64,000 nucleotides of DNA from positions 18,976 to 82,975 of the forward strand of contig CAYLZN010000001.1 in assembly GCA_964387935.1 (NCBI GenBank). The letters run 5' to 3'. The translations under genes and the position numbers were made by a program. Numbering within the stretch: position 1 is the first letter of the stretch; every line of letters starts with the position of its first letter. Origin of the DNA: an uncultured Vicinamibacteraceae bacterium. Lineage in GTDB: Bacteria > Acidobacteriota > Vicinamibacteria > Vicinamibacterales > JAFNAJ01. Of this stretch, positions 13,038 to 23,380 are shown piece by piece. Below the pieces are notes generated by a model. That model was given only the letters and a program-made list of their open reading frames with translations, did not search any database and was not told where the DNA came from.

Positions 13038-15152
13038 GTGAGCAGACTCCTGCCCGGCGTCGTCCTGTGTGCGCTCGTCCTGCAGCCGGCGGCGAGTCCG
13101 GCGCAGCCTCCGCCCTCCGAGCAGCGACCCGCACAACCGCCCCGGTTCCGCGCAGGGACCGCGTTCGTGCGAGTGGACGTGTACCCGACGAAGGACGGCG
13201 TCATCGTTCCCGATCTCGCCGCGGGTGATTTCGAACTGTTCGAGGACGGGGTCCGCCAGACCATCGACACCGTCGAGCGCATCGTCATCTCGCAGCGCAC
13301 GACGGGCGAGACGCGACGCGAGCCCAACACGGTCGCGGAATCGCGCGCGATGGCCGCCGAGCCGAACGCCCGCGTGTTCGTGCTGTTCCTCGACACCTAT
13401 CACACGGGGATCGCCGGTTCGCACCGCATGCGGACCGCCATCACGCGCTTCCTCGAGCGCGTCCTCGGACCGGACGATCTCGTGGGCGTGATGACACCGG
13501 AGATGTCCGCCGCGGACGTCACGCTGGCCCGTCGTACCCAGGTGCTCGAGGGCTTCCTGCGGGACCAGTGGAACTGGGGTCGTCGAGATTCGATCACGAA
13601 CCGCGATCCGGAGGAAGTGGAGTACGAGAACTGCTACCCGGACTCGGATTCCGCCGTCAAGGGGGTGGCCCGCGAGATGATCGAGCGCCGCCGCGAGGGA
13701 CTCGCCCTGAATGCCGTGGAGGACCTCGTCCGCTGGCTCGAGGGCGTCCGCGAAGAACGCAAGGCGGTGTTGCTCATCAGCGAGGGGTGGCGCCTGCTCC
13801 GTCCGAACCAGACGCTCACCCGCGCGGACAGCCAGGGCGTGCCTCCGCCCCCCGCGATCGGGACGACGCCGGGGGGTCGGCTCACGACGGACCGCGGGCG
13901 CTCACCTGGCTACACGTCGAGAAACGACTGCGAAGCGGACCGCCAGCGGCTGGCCTACGCAGACGACTGGCAGCAGTTCATGGACCTGCTGGATCGCGCC
14001 AACCGAGCGAACGTGAGCTTCTACCCCGTGGACCCGCGCGGACTGCCGGTGTTCGACACCTCGATTGCCGGCGAGCCCGGCTCGCCCGACATGATCCCGC
14101 TCGAGCAGGACCAGGCACGGCTGCGGTCGCGACTCGACACCCTGCGCACGCTGGCGGACGCCACCGACGGCCAGGCGGTGATGGGCAGCAACGACGTCGA
14201 GCGCGGTCTCTCGCGCATTGTCTCGGACATGACCTCGTACTATCTGCTCGGTTACTCCTCGACCAACGCAGCGCTCGACGGCAAGTTCCGGTCGATCAAG
14301 GTGCGTGTATCGCGCCCCGGCGTCGAGGTGCGCGCGCGTCGCGGCTACCGGGCCGCGACGCCCAGCGAGGTCGAGGCCCTGACGACAGCCGCCGGCGGCG
14401 GGGCGGGGACCACCGCACCGACCGCGTTCGATGAGGCCATGGGCGTCCTTGCGAGCGCCAGCACGGCAGGGCGCTTGTCCACGCACCTTGCGTGGACGCC
14501 AACGCCCTTGGCGGGCTCGCCTGAAGCGGCGACGCTCTGGGCGACCATCGAACTCGATCCGACCGTCGCCAGGGGCGCAGACTGGACGAGCGGGTGGTCC
14601 GCGGACGTCACCGTCACCGGCGCGGACGGATCCCAGATCGTCCAGCGCCGCGAGAGCGTCACGTCAGGCGAGCGGCTCGTGCGGCTCGAGTTCGCGGGCG
14701 TGTCGCTGCCTTCCGGCGAACTCACCGCCAGGGTCAGACTGGCGCCCGCGGCGGGTGGACTCCCGTTCACCGACGTCGCACGCGTCACAGTACGCGCCGC
14801 GCCGCCACGGACCGGCGAGCCGCGGCTCGCCCGGCGCAATCAAACCACCGGCGCACGATGGGTGCCCACGGCCGATCGACGGTTCCGACGTGCCGATCGT
14901 CTGCGGGTCGAACTGACGCTGCCGCCAGGGACGAGCGTCAAGGCGGTCGAGATGCTGGACCAGCGGGGCTCGCCGTTTCAGATGCCGGTCTCTTTTACGC
15001 CAACCCCCGGCACGGGATCAGAGGGCCTGACGGGCGGCGTGGCCGACCTGTCCCTGGCTCCGTTCGCCCCAGGCGACTACGCGGTGCGCGTGACGCTTGA
15101 AGCCCCCGGGGGAGCGCGGCAGATGTTCGTGCCGTTTCGCGTCGTTCCGTAG
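13038..15152 (+). CDS. VWA domain protein of the acidobacterial VWFA-related family (TIGR03436-like), secreted
   Basis: GTG 13038 gives signal MSRLLPGVVLCALVLQPAASPAQ. The family-typical start FRAGTAFVRVDVYPTKDGVIVPDLAAGDFELFEDGVRQTI, and VFVLFLDTYH, ANVSFYPVDPRGL. The track ORF start at 12405 is a spurious extension. Confidence 0.8.
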   Translation: MSRLLPGVVLCALVLQPAASPAQPPPSEQRPAQPPRFRAGTAFVRVDVYPTKDGVIVPDLAAGDFELFEDGVRQTIDTVERIVISQRTTGETRREPNTVAESRAMAAEPNARVFVLFLDTYHTGIAGSHRMRTAITRFLERVLGPDDLVGVMTPEMSAADVTLARRTQVLEGFLRDQWNWGRRDSITNRDPEEVEYENCYPDSDSAVKGVAREMIERRREGLALNAVEDLVRWLEGVREERKAVLLISEGWRLLRPNQTLTRADSQGVPPPPAIGTTPGGRLTTDRGRSPGYTSRNDCEADRQRLAYADDWQQFMDLLDRANRANVSFYPVDPRGLPVFDTSIAGEPGSPDMIPLEQDQARLRSRLDTLRTLADATDGQAVMGSNDVERGLSRIVSDMTSYYLLGYSSTNAALDGKFRSIKVRVSRPGVEVRARRGYRAATPSEVEALTTAAGGGAGTTAPTAFDEAMGVLASASTAGRLSTHLAWTPTPLAGSPEAATLWATIELDPTVARGADWTSGWSADVTVTGADGSQIVQRRESVTSGERLVRLEFAGVSLPSGELTARVRLAPAAGGLPFTDVARVTVRAAPPRTGEPRLARRNQTTGARWVPTADRRFRRADRLRVELTLPPGTSVKAVEMLDQRGSPFQMPVSFTPTPGTGSEGLTGGVADLSLAPFAPGDYAVRVTLEAPGGARQMFVPFRVVP

Positions 15153-16772
15153 GTGCTCCTGCCGCGCATGCGTGACGCCCCCGTCGCTGGACGGACTGTA
15201 CGGCCTGTTGGGACACGCGTGTCCCGGGCTGGCGTACTCGTCCTGATGGCGCTGGCCGCGATCACGGTCATCCTGGCCTCGCGGAGCCCGAACCCGCACT
15301 GGGGTGGCCTGATGGCCATGGGTGTGTTCTACGCCGCGACGTACGCGCTGGGCGTGTGGGCGTCCGCGCGCCGCGAAAGCGGCAGCTTCAGCGACATGGC
15401 GCTTGCGGGACGACGGCTCGGCCCCGCGGTGGGCGTGTTCACGATGACCGCGACGTGGGTCGATGGCGGCTATGTGAACGGCACGGCCGAGGCGACCTAC
15501 GCCGCCGGCCTGATCCACGTGCAGGCGCCCTGGGGCTACGCGCTCAGCCTCGTACTGGGGGGGCTGTTCTTTGCCCCGATCATGCGCCGCCACTGCTTCA
15601 CCACCCTGCTCGATCCGTTCGAGCAGCGCTTCGGCAAGAAGGCCGCGGCCTTGCTGTACCTGCCGGCCCTCACGGGCGAAGTGTTCTGGACGAGCGCGAT
15701 CCTCATGGCGCTCGGCACGACGTTCGGGCTCATCCTCGACCTGGACTTCTCGTGGTCGATCGTGCTCTCGGCAGCGATCGTCATTGCCTACACCATGAGC
15801 GGCGGGCTGTGGGCGGTGGCGATCACCGATGTCGCCCAGTTGCTGGTGCTCGTTGTCGGCCTGTGGCTCGTCGTCCCGTTCGTCGCGCGCGAGGTCGGGG
15901 GCCTTGGGCCGGCGTGGGAGGTCTACCGGGCCCATTTCCGTGAAGCCACCGCCCCGGTGAACTGGTGGGCGTGGTGGGATTCCGCGCTGCTGCTCGTGTT
16001 CGGGGGGATTCCCTGGCACGTCTACTTCCAGCGGGTGCTCGGTGCGCGTGACGCGCGGACGGCTCGACGACTGTCGGTCCTTGCGGGCGGCGCCTGCGCG
16101 GTGGCCGCGGTGGCGCCACTGCTCATCGGCATCCTGGCCCGTGCGGTCGACTGGGGAGCCCGCGGACTGCCGCCGCCCGAGGCGGCACTCGTGCTGCCCA
16201 CGGTGCTCCGGGAACTGACGCCGCCGGTCGTTGGCGCCCTCGGCCTCGGCGCGGTGGCTGCGGCAGTCATGTCCTCGATGGACTCCTCGATCCTCTCGGC
16301 CTCGTCGATGGCCGCATGGAACGTCTACCGCCCGCTCGTGAGGCCCGAGGCCACGTCGGCTCATCTCGCCGCGGTCGTCCAGCGCACGGTGCTCGTGGTC
16401 GGCGTGGCCGCGACGCTGATGGCGATCCGCGTGCGCAGCGTCTACACCTTCTGGGTCCTGTGCAGCGACCTCGTGTACTGCATCCTGTTCCCGCAACTCG
16501 TGCTGGCGTTGTGGGACCCGCGCGCCAACCGCTGGGGCTCCTATGCGGGCATGGCGCTGGCCTTCCTGCTGCGCCTCGGCGCTGGTGAGCCACTGCTGGG
16601 CCTGCCGAGGCTCCTGCCGCTGCCGACCGACCCGTCAGGCGTCCCGACGCTGCCCTTCAAGACCCTCGTGATGCTGACCGGCCTCGCCACCATCTGGGTC
16701 GTGTCGCGGATGACGGGCAGGTGGTGTCCAGCGCGCCCACTCGTCGCGCGCGATGCGTCGCGCGGGCGCTGA
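15153..16772 (+). CDS. Sodium:solute symporter family transporter (CHT1/SLC5A7-like)
   Basis: GVFYAATYALGVWAS..MALAGRRLGPAVGVFTMTATWVDGGYVNGTAEATY matches the choline-transporter-like SSF branch. Exact start uncertain (GTG 15153, ATG 15168 or GTG near 15219). Confidence 0.8.
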   Translation: MLLPRMRDAPVAGRTVRPVGTRVSRAGVLVLMALAAITVILASRSPNPHWGGLMAMGVFYAATYALGVWASARRESGSFSDMALAGRRLGPAVGVFTMTATWVDGGYVNGTAEATYAAGLIHVQAPWGYALSLVLGGLFFAPIMRRHCFTTLLDPFEQRFGKKAAALLYLPALTGEVFWTSAILMALGTTFGLILDLDFSWSIVLSAAIVIAYTMSGGLWAVAITDVAQLLVLVVGLWLVVPFVAREVGGLGPAWEVYRAHFREATAPVNWWAWWDSALLLVFGGIPWHVYFQRVLGARDARTARRLSVLAGGACAVAAVAPLLIGILARAVDWGARGLPPPEAALVLPTVLRELTPPVVGALGLGAVAAAVMSSMDSSILSASSMAAWNVYRPLVRPEATSAHLAAVVQRTVLVVGVAATLMAIRVRSVYTFWVLCSDLVYCILFPQLVLALWDPRANRWGSYAGMALAFLLRLGAGEPLLGLPRLLPLPTDPSGVPTLPFKTLVMLTGLATIWVVSRMTGRWCPARPLVARDASRGR

Positions 16773-16796
16773 GCCCGGCTGCTATACTCCGCGTCG

Positions 16797-19076
16797 ATGT
16801 CGAACCCGCTCCCGCTGTGCGCGTGTCTTCGTCCTGCGGCGGCCGTTCTGATCACACTGGCTGCCCTGTGGCCCGCGACCACCCGGCTGAACGCCCAGCC
16901 GCCCGCCAGCGTCCAGGCGCCCAGTGCGACGTCCACACCCGCCCTCACCGTCGACTGGATCTTCGGCGAGGACGGCCAGTCCATCTCGCGCTTGCCCGCC
17001 ACGCAATGGCTGGACGACGGCTCGCTGCTGCTGCTCGATGGCACCCGGCCCGACGTCGAGCGGACGTTCGAACGCATCGACCCTGCGACCGGTGAGCGGC
17101 GGCCGCTGCTCGACATGGCGCGCGCCATCGCCAGCCTCCGCCTGCTGGTCAGCGATGCCGACGTGAAGAAGACTCTCGCGTGGCCGGCCGCCATCGACCG
17201 CGCGGGCTCACGCGCGCTGTATGTCTTCAACGGCGACGTGTTCCTCCTCGACTTCGGGACGGCGACGTTCAGACGCCTGACGACGTCGGACGCGGAGGAG
17301 AAGTCCGTCAGCTTCTCGCCGGATGGCACTCGGGTCGCATTCGTCCGCGGTCACGACCTGTACGTGATGCTCCTCCCATCGGGCAGCGAGGTCCGCCTCA
17401 CCAGGGATGGTTCGGACACCATTCTGAACGGCACGCTGTCCTGGGTGTACTGGGAGGAGATCTTCGCCCGCCGCGACATCGGCTACTGGTGGGCGCCGGA
17501 TTCATCGGCGCTCGCGTTCCTGCGCACCGACGAGTCACCCGTGGCCGTGTCGACGTTCGTGGACTTCGCGCCCGCGACGCCGCGCGTCATCCGCCAGCGC
17601 TACCCGAAGGCCGGCACGCCGAACCCCATGGTCCGCGTGGGCCTCGTCCAGGCCGACGGCTCGAAGACGCGGTGGGTGAACATCGACGATCGACCCTACG
17701 AGTACGTCGCGCGCGTGCAGTGGCTGCCCGACAGCCGCCACGTGAGCGTGCAGACCCTGACGCGCGCGCAGACCGAGCTGGGGCTCTATGTCGTGGATCG
17801 AGAGACCGGGATGGCTACCCGCATCCTCACCGAAACCGACCCCGGGTGGGTGAACCTGCACGACGACCTGCGCTTCCTCGCCGACGGCCGCCATTTCCTG
17901 TGGGTCTCTGAACGCGACGGCTATCAGCATCTGTATCGCTACACGCTCGACGGCCGGCTGGTGAATCAGGTCACACGCGGCGCCTGGGCGCTCGCGTCGG
18001 CGGGCGGCGGGGTCTACTGGCTGCGTCAGTCGGTGGTCGGCGTGGACGAGAAGAACGACTGGATCTACTTCACGAGCCTGGAGCACTCGTCGGTTGAGCG
18101 CCACCTGTATCGCATCCGCCCGGACGGCAGCGGCATGACCCGCCTCACCAGCGAGACCGGCACCCATCGCATTGCGATGTCGCCCGACACTCGGTTCTTC
18201 CTGGATCGCTTCTCCAGCGCGCGCACGCTGCCCGTCATGGCCCTCCGCCGCACCGACGGGCCGCGCGTCACGGAACTCGCCAGGGCCCGCACGGACCTGC
18301 TGTCACAGCTGCCCGTGCAGTTCCCCGAGCTGTCCACCATTCCGGCAGCCGACGGCTTCGCCATGCCCGCCGCCATCCTGAAGCCGGGCGGCTTCGATTC
18401 CGCGCGCAGGTACCCGGTGATCCTCTATGTCTACGGCGGGCCGTCGGCGCCGACGGTGAGCAATGCCTGGGACAACGACCTGCTGTTCGACCAGCTCCTC
18501 CTGGACGCCGGTTTCGTCGTGGTGCGGGTGGACAACCGTTCGGCCACGGGGATCAGCAAGCGCCTCGAGAACGTGATCCTGAAATCCTCCGGCGAACCCG
18601 AAACCGACGATCTCGTCGCGGCCGCCAGGTGGCTCAAGGCGCAGCCGTGGGTGGACCCGGCGCGGGTAGGCGTCTGGGGGTGGAGCGGCGGGGGCACGAT
18701 GACCTTGAACCTCATGACGCGCTCGACGGAGTTCAAGGCCGGCATCGCCGTGGCGGCGGTGACCGACTGGCACTACTACGATTCGAAATGGGCGGAGGCG
18801 TTCATGAGGCGCCCGGAGGACAACCCCGAGGGCTACGAGCGGACGTCGCTGGTCAAGCGGGCGGGCCAGTTGCACGGGCACCTGCTGCTGGTGCACGGCA
18901 CCTACGACGACAACGTGCATCCCCAGAACGTCTTCGCGTTCATCGACGCCCTGGTCGCCGCCGACAAGCCCTTCGAGGTGATGATGTACCCCATGCGCAA
19001 GCACGGGATCGACGACGACTCGGCGACCGTGCACCTCTACAAGCACATGCTCGCGTTCTGGCGCCGTGCGCTATGA
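16797..19076 (+). CDS. Dipeptidyl-peptidase IV-type S9B serine peptidase
   Basis: 759 aa with signal peptide and a DPPIV N-terminal propeller region. S9 catalytic domain has GVWGWSGGG (Ser), HGTYDDNVH (Asp) and MRKHGI (His). Confidence 0.85.
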   Translation: MSNPLPLCACLRPAAAVLITLAALWPATTRLNAQPPASVQAPSATSTPALTVDWIFGEDGQSISRLPATQWLDDGSLLLLDGTRPDVERTFERIDPATGERRPLLDMARAIASLRLLVSDADVKKTLAWPAAIDRAGSRALYVFNGDVFLLDFGTATFRRLTTSDAEEKSVSFSPDGTRVAFVRGHDLYVMLLPSGSEVRLTRDGSDTILNGTLSWVYWEEIFARRDIGYWWAPDSSALAFLRTDESPVAVSTFVDFAPATPRVIRQRYPKAGTPNPMVRVGLVQADGSKTRWVNIDDRPYEYVARVQWLPDSRHVSVQTLTRAQTELGLYVVDRETGMATRILTETDPGWVNLHDDLRFLADGRHFLWVSERDGYQHLYRYTLDGRLVNQVTRGAWALASAGGGVYWLRQSVVGVDEKNDWIYFTSLEHSSVERHLYRIRPDGSGMTRLTSETGTHRIAMSPDTRFFLDRFSSARTLPVMALRRTDGPRVTELARARTDLLSQLPVQFPELSTIPAADGFAMPAAILKPGGFDSARRYPVILYVYGGPSAPTVSNAWDNDLLFDQLLLDAGFVVVRVDNRSATGISKRLENVILKSSGEPETDDLVAAARWLKAQPWVDPARVGVWGWSGGGTMTLNLMTRSTEFKAGIAVAAVTDWHYYDSKWAEAFMRRPEDNPEGYERTSLVKRAGQLHGHLLLVHGTYDDNVHPQNVFAFIDALVAADKPFEVMMYPMRKHGIDDDSATVHLYKHMLAFWRRAL

Positions 19077-19493
19077 GGGCTTGATCTTGAGCGCGCCCGC
19101 CTTGACCAGCGCGCCCGAGAAGTCGAACACGTGACGGGCCGAGACGATGCCGCCCGGCGACACGACGTACTCGGCGGCTCCCACCATGGTCACGCGCGTG
19201 CCGGGCCTGGCGTCGCCGAAGAACGGTCCGGCGACGGTGCCCTGGAAGTTCCAGAAGAGCGCCACGCGATCGCCGTCGATGATCGGTGGGTCCCAGTCGA
19301 AGACCATGTCCGGAAACGCCGTGAACCAGTAGCGGTAGACCTCCTGGATCCGCTCGCGCGGTGAGACCTTGCCCACCGCCGGGCTTTCGAAGGTGCCGTT
19401 GGCCTCGTGGGTCGCTGCGAGACGTACCGGATCGCGGCTGGCGAACGCCGCGCGATGTTGCTCGAGCAGGGACTCGATGTCTTGTCGGGTCAT
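19071..19493 (-). CDS. SnoaL-like / NTF2-family protein (ester-cyclase-like)
   Basis: 140-aa ORF. MTRQDIESLLEQHRAAFASRDPVRLAATH..VYRYWFTAFPDMVFDWD fits the SnoaL-like polyketide cyclase pattern. Confidence 0.7.
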   Translation of the reverse strand: MTRQDIESLLEQHRAAFASRDPVRLAATHEANGTFESPAVGKVSPRERIQEVYRYWFTAFPDMVFDWDPPIIDGDRVALFWNFQGTVAGPFFGDARPGTRVTMVGAAEYVVSPGGIVSARHVFDFSGALVKAGALKIKPS

Positions 19494-19589
19494 CGCGTGC
19501 TCCTCGCTCCGCGTCGGGCGCGGCCTGGCATGAAGGATGATCTCTCCGGATTATACGCGCGCCAGGGCCCCGGGGGTTCCTCGGCGCTC

Positions 19590-20252
19590 TCAGCCCGACG
19601 GCAGATGATCCTCGAACTCCTCCCATTCCCACTCGTTCCACCACTCGTGCTCGACACCGCGGCACGTGTCGATGAAGGCCGGGCAGAACACGCAGCCGTC
19701 GCCGCGCATGACATCCGGCTCGTGGATCGGCGGGTAGAGGGCGATGAGCGCCGGTCCGAGGGTGCGCGCCTCGTCTTCCTCGGCCGTCATCGGCCTCGAG
19801 GGCAGTTCCAGGATGCCGTGACGCTTCAGGCGATTCTCGCTCTCCGGAAACAGCACGGAATTCTCGGCGTCGATGTGCTGCCAGAGCTGCCGCGTGTACT
19901 CGAGCGCGGTCGGCGCCAGCGTGTCCGGCGGCCGGCCTGCGGCGACGTCCTCGGCGACCGCAGCGTCGATGCCATCCAGCAGTCCGGCCATGCGGTGGTG
20001 ATCGGCCATGATGACGGCAATCGGACCCCGGTCACCAGGCAGCTCCGCGTCGCGCTGCAGGGACACGAAGAGGGTGTCCTCCTCGCGGGCGTGATGGAAC
20101 GCCCCCGCGTAGAGGCGGAAGAAGCGGGCGAACCTCGGACCGTCGGCGGGGTCACCGTGCCCCTGGATCCGTTGACGCACGAACGTCCGGAGGGCGCCGG
20201 CCACCTGTTCGATGAGGTCGTGCTCGGCGCGCAGCTCCTCGATCAGCTTCAT
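19590..20252 (-). CDS. Hemerythrin-like (HHE cation-binding) domain protein with C-terminal Cys cluster
   Basis: LRAEHDLIEQV, FHHAREEDTLF, MADHHRM and WQHIDAENSVLFP helices. C-terminal GDGCVFCPAFIDTC. The start overlaps the M14 stop by ATGA. Confidence 0.7.
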   Translation of the reverse strand: MKLIEELRAEHDLIEQVAGALRTFVRQRIQGHGDPADGPRFARFFRLYAGAFHHAREEDTLFVSLQRDAELPGDRGPIAVIMADHHRMAGLLDGIDAAVAEDVAAGRPPDTLAPTALEYTRQLWQHIDAENSVLFPESENRLKRHGILELPSRPMTAEEDEARTLGPALIALYPPIHEPDVMRGDGCVFCPAFIDTCRGVEHEWWNEWEWEEFEDHLPSG

Positions 20253-23188
20253 TGCGGCTGCACCGTCGGGGGCTTCTCGGCCGGCCGGTCCTTGCCGGCG
20301 TCCAGGTCGTTCCAGTTCAGGATGGCGTTGAACCCGAGGAAGAACGTGCCCTGGGTCTGCCAGCGCCAGTAAGGACGGGTGGCGAACGAGACGACGTGTC
20401 CCTTGCCGACGGGTGCGTCGATGACCACGGCCCGATCGGCGAGCGCCTGGCCGCCGACGAGCGAACCCGAGAGCAGCATGTCGTTCGGATTGCGGGGGAA
20501 CCGGAGGATGACGCGCGGCTGCGCCTCGTCTCCGGCAATCCCGAATGCACGCGCCATCTGGCGCAGCGCGGCGGCTTCGTCCACGGTCGGCAGTTCCGGC
20601 TTCCTCTCGCCGGGCTCGAGCGGCACCAGCGTGGAGGGCACGGCGTTCGGGGTGGTGTTCATGCCGACGCCAGGAATCTGGGGCCCGCCGCCCATGAACG
20701 CGGCGAACTCGGCAGGCAGGCCTGCACCGCCCGACCGCAGCACCGGCCCCTGGCTGAAGTAGACCGGCAGCACGGGGCTGTCGTACCCATAGGCGATCGG
20801 GCTCCTTCGATCGGTGAACAGCGCCTTGAGGATCGACCCGCGCACGAACAGGTTCTGCGGTTCCTCGAGTGTCACGCCACTGGTGATCCCGGCCGCCGGG
20901 AACAGCGTGGCCGTCGAGCCCTCGACGATGAGCGTTCCGCCGTCACGGACGAACTTCACGAGTTCGAGGAAGCCCTCCATCCCCATGCCGCCTCTGATGT
21001 CGTCGCTTTCGTCCTGCGCGCCGAGGTTGGGCGTTTCGGGCGTCTTCCGGTAGGGCAATGGCTTGCCCGTGGCGGGAATGCCGTTGAGGTGCGACTGCAT
21101 CGTGCCGCCGACGTGCGGGTAGACGATGACGTCGTACCTCGCACGGAGGCTGCCTTCCCGGAGCTTCTTGTCGGCGAAGTAGGTGTACGGCACCTTGAAC
21201 CGGTCGAAGGCCATGCGCACCCATCCCTCGTCCTGCGTGCGCTGCCAGGCGTGAACGTAGCCGATGCGGGGCACGTCGAGTTCATGCGTCTTCACCGCAG
21301 GCGCCGTGGGCACGGCCCATGCGGAGAGCCCCAGCGCCTTGATCGAGGGTTCGAGCGCCGCCCGGTCCGCCTTCGGGACGATGAAGGCCCCGGCGGTGAA
21401 CCTGTGGCCGCCGAGGTCGAAGTCCTCCTCGGCGGCGAACATGGGCACGCTGGCGTGCGTGAACCGGAAGGTGACCAGGGTGTTGTCCGTCGTGTGGTCG
21501 ATGACGAGCGTGTCGCCGGTACCCGTGATCGTGCCCGGGACGGCCGCGTCGCCTGTCATCAGCGTCATGGGCTGGTCGAGCACGGCCTTGTCGGTGATCT
21601 TCGTCGCCTTCACGTTGCGGAGGTACGGGAACGTCCAGCCCGTGTCGTCGTAGGGGCGGGGGTTGCCGGGCGCGAAGAACTGCACGTCCAGGAGCATGTC
21701 GACGAGGCCGCGATACGGCTGGTCGCCGCGCAGCACGTAGTCACCGGCGGCGACCTGCGTGCCGCCCACCGTGAACGCCGCGTTCGCGCGATGGACCTCG
21801 ACCCCCTGGCGGCGCAGCGTGTTGACGAGCTCAGCGGCTTCGACCTTGCGACGCTGCGCAGCCGGCACGACCCAGGCGAACGGCCCCTCGGTGCGGCCAC
21901 GCTCGACCGAGCGCTTGTTCTTGAGCCAGTAGTTCTCGAGGAACATGTCCCTGTTCTTCGCCACGTAGCTCATGGCGAGGAGCAGCGCCGACTGCTGCAT
22001 GTTGACGTTGTTGCGCGGTCCCCACTTGATCTTCTGGAGCGGCGGGTTGGGCCGGAACCATTCGCGGCTGGTCTGGGTGGCGCCCAGCGTGATCTCCTGG
22101 TTCATCGGCCCATAGGTCTGCGTTTCGTAGAAGCGCCCGATGGCGTTGTGCGTGTTGGCGAGGAAGAACAGATAGTTCGGGACCCAGCCGTCGTAGAACC
22201 CCCAGGTCCACACCCCAGGCACGCCGCGCTTGGTCATCTCCGCGACCTCGTACTTCGCCAGCATCCACCACTCGTCGGTCACGAGCGGATCGAGCCACGT
22301 GTTGTACGGCCCGGTGCCGGTGGACGTGTAGAGGTATGGCACCGACTCGTGAAGATCGTGCAGGACCGTCGGGTGCCAGTCCAGGAACGCCGCCATCACG
22401 TGTTGCGTCAGCTTGAGCGACTGCGCCATGCCGTCGCGGTTGTTGTCGTGCGCGACGTACTGGCCCCAGTACATGAGCGGCAGCACCTCGCCGGTGCGCT
22501 TCCGGTAGTACCAGCTGTCGACCTGCTTGTCACGCCCGTCCACCTCGAGGATCGGGGTGAAGGCGACGATGATGGAGTTGCGGATCTGCTGGATGAACGG
22601 TGTCTCCTCGACCGCCAGCCGATAGCCCAGCTCCATCAGCATCTCGGGACTGCCCAGCTCGGGCGAGTGGATGGCGCCCGTGGCGTAGTAGATCGGCTTG
22701 CCCGTGGCGATGAGCTGGCGCGCCTGCTCCTCGGTGGTCCTGCGCGGGTCGGTGAGCTGCGCGGTGATCTGCTTGTACTTGTCCAGGGACTTGATCGTCA
22801 CCTCGTCGGCGATGACCACCATGATCATGTCGCGGCCTTCTTCCGTCTTCCCGATGCGGAAGACGGTCACCCGATCCGAGGCCCTGTCCAGCTCGTCGAA
22901 ATAGCGGTAGATGTCCTTCGAGTACGTGACCTCGTCCGGGGTGCCAGGGATCCGGCCGAGGACCTTGAGGGGCGTCGGAACCGTCGCCGAGGCCGGGAGG
23001 TGATCCACCAGCTCCGTGATCACGCGAGGGTCTTGCGTGTACTCTTTGACCTTTGCGGTGTAGGCTTCGTCGATGGGCTGAGGGCGGGTCGCCGCGCGCT
23101 GCGCCCCGACGGGCGGCGCCGCTGCCAGGGCGAGGACCAGCGAGAAACCGATCGTCACGAGATGACCACGGGTGCGGCAGCGGTCCAT
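20249..23188 (-). CDS. M14-family metallocarboxypeptidase-like protein, secreted (979 aa)
   Basis: ATG at 23188 after AGGAGG. Signal MDRCRTRGHLVTIGFSLVLALAAAPPVGAQ. Zn motif region GAIHSPELGSPE, and MYWGQYVAHDNNRDG. The track ORF start at 24130 is spurious. Confidence 0.8.
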   Translation of the reverse strand: MDRCRTRGHLVTIGFSLVLALAAAPPVGAQRAATRPQPIDEAYTAKVKEYTQDPRVITELVDHLPASATVPTPLKVLGRIPGTPDEVTYSKDIYRYFDELDRASDRVTVFRIGKTEEGRDMIMVVIADEVTIKSLDKYKQITAQLTDPRRTTEEQARQLIATGKPIYYATGAIHSPELGSPEMLMELGYRLAVEETPFIQQIRNSIIVAFTPILEVDGRDKQVDSWYYRKRTGEVLPLMYWGQYVAHDNNRDGMAQSLKLTQHVMAAFLDWHPTVLHDLHESVPYLYTSTGTGPYNTWLDPLVTDEWWMLAKYEVAEMTKRGVPGVWTWGFYDGWVPNYLFFLANTHNAIGRFYETQTYGPMNQEITLGATQTSREWFRPNPPLQKIKWGPRNNVNMQQSALLLAMSYVAKNRDMFLENYWLKNKRSVERGRTEGPFAWVVPAAQRRKVEAAELVNTLRRQGVEVHRANAAFTVGGTQVAAGDYVLRGDQPYRGLVDMLLDVQFFAPGNPRPYDDTGWTFPYLRNVKATKITDKAVLDQPMTLMTGDAAVPGTITGTGDTLVIDHTTDNTLVTFRFTHASVPMFAAEEDFDLGGHRFTAGAFIVPKADRAALEPSIKALGLSAWAVPTAPAVKTHELDVPRIGYVHAWQRTQDEGWVRMAFDRFKVPYTYFADKKLREGSLRARYDVIVYPHVGGTMQSHLNGIPATGKPLPYRKTPETPNLGAQDESDDIRGGMGMEGFLELVKFVRDGGTLIVEGSTATLFPAAGITSGVTLEEPQNLFVRGSILKALFTDRRSPIAYGYDSPVLPVYFSQGPVLRSGGAGLPAEFAAFMGGGPQIPGVGMNTTPNAVPSTLVPLEPGERKPELPTVDEAAALRQMARAFGIAGDEAQPRVILRFPRNPNDMLLSGSLVGGQALADRAVVIDAPVGKGHVVSFATRPYWRWQTQGTFFLGFNAILNWNDLDAGKDRPAEKPPTVQPQ

Positions 23189-23380
23189 GAGAGCCTCCTG
23201 GCGGCGGAACCGGCGGTGCGGCCGGTTATAGCACAGGACGAGGACAGCCTCCGGTCTCCAGGAGGGACGATCGCCCCGCCGGTCGGAAGGTGAGGTCGTG
23301 GCAGACCCGGCTTCCGGGCACGATCGAGGCGGGGACGTCAGGCACGTGTCTTGCTGAAGACAGGGCAAGGGACAAAGACC

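Noticed and set aside
20252-23293. 1013-aa plus-strand ORF
   Set aside because: Antisense shadow of the M14 peptidase gene, which has clear motifs and an SD. The plus-strand product is low-complexity R/G/E/D-rich.
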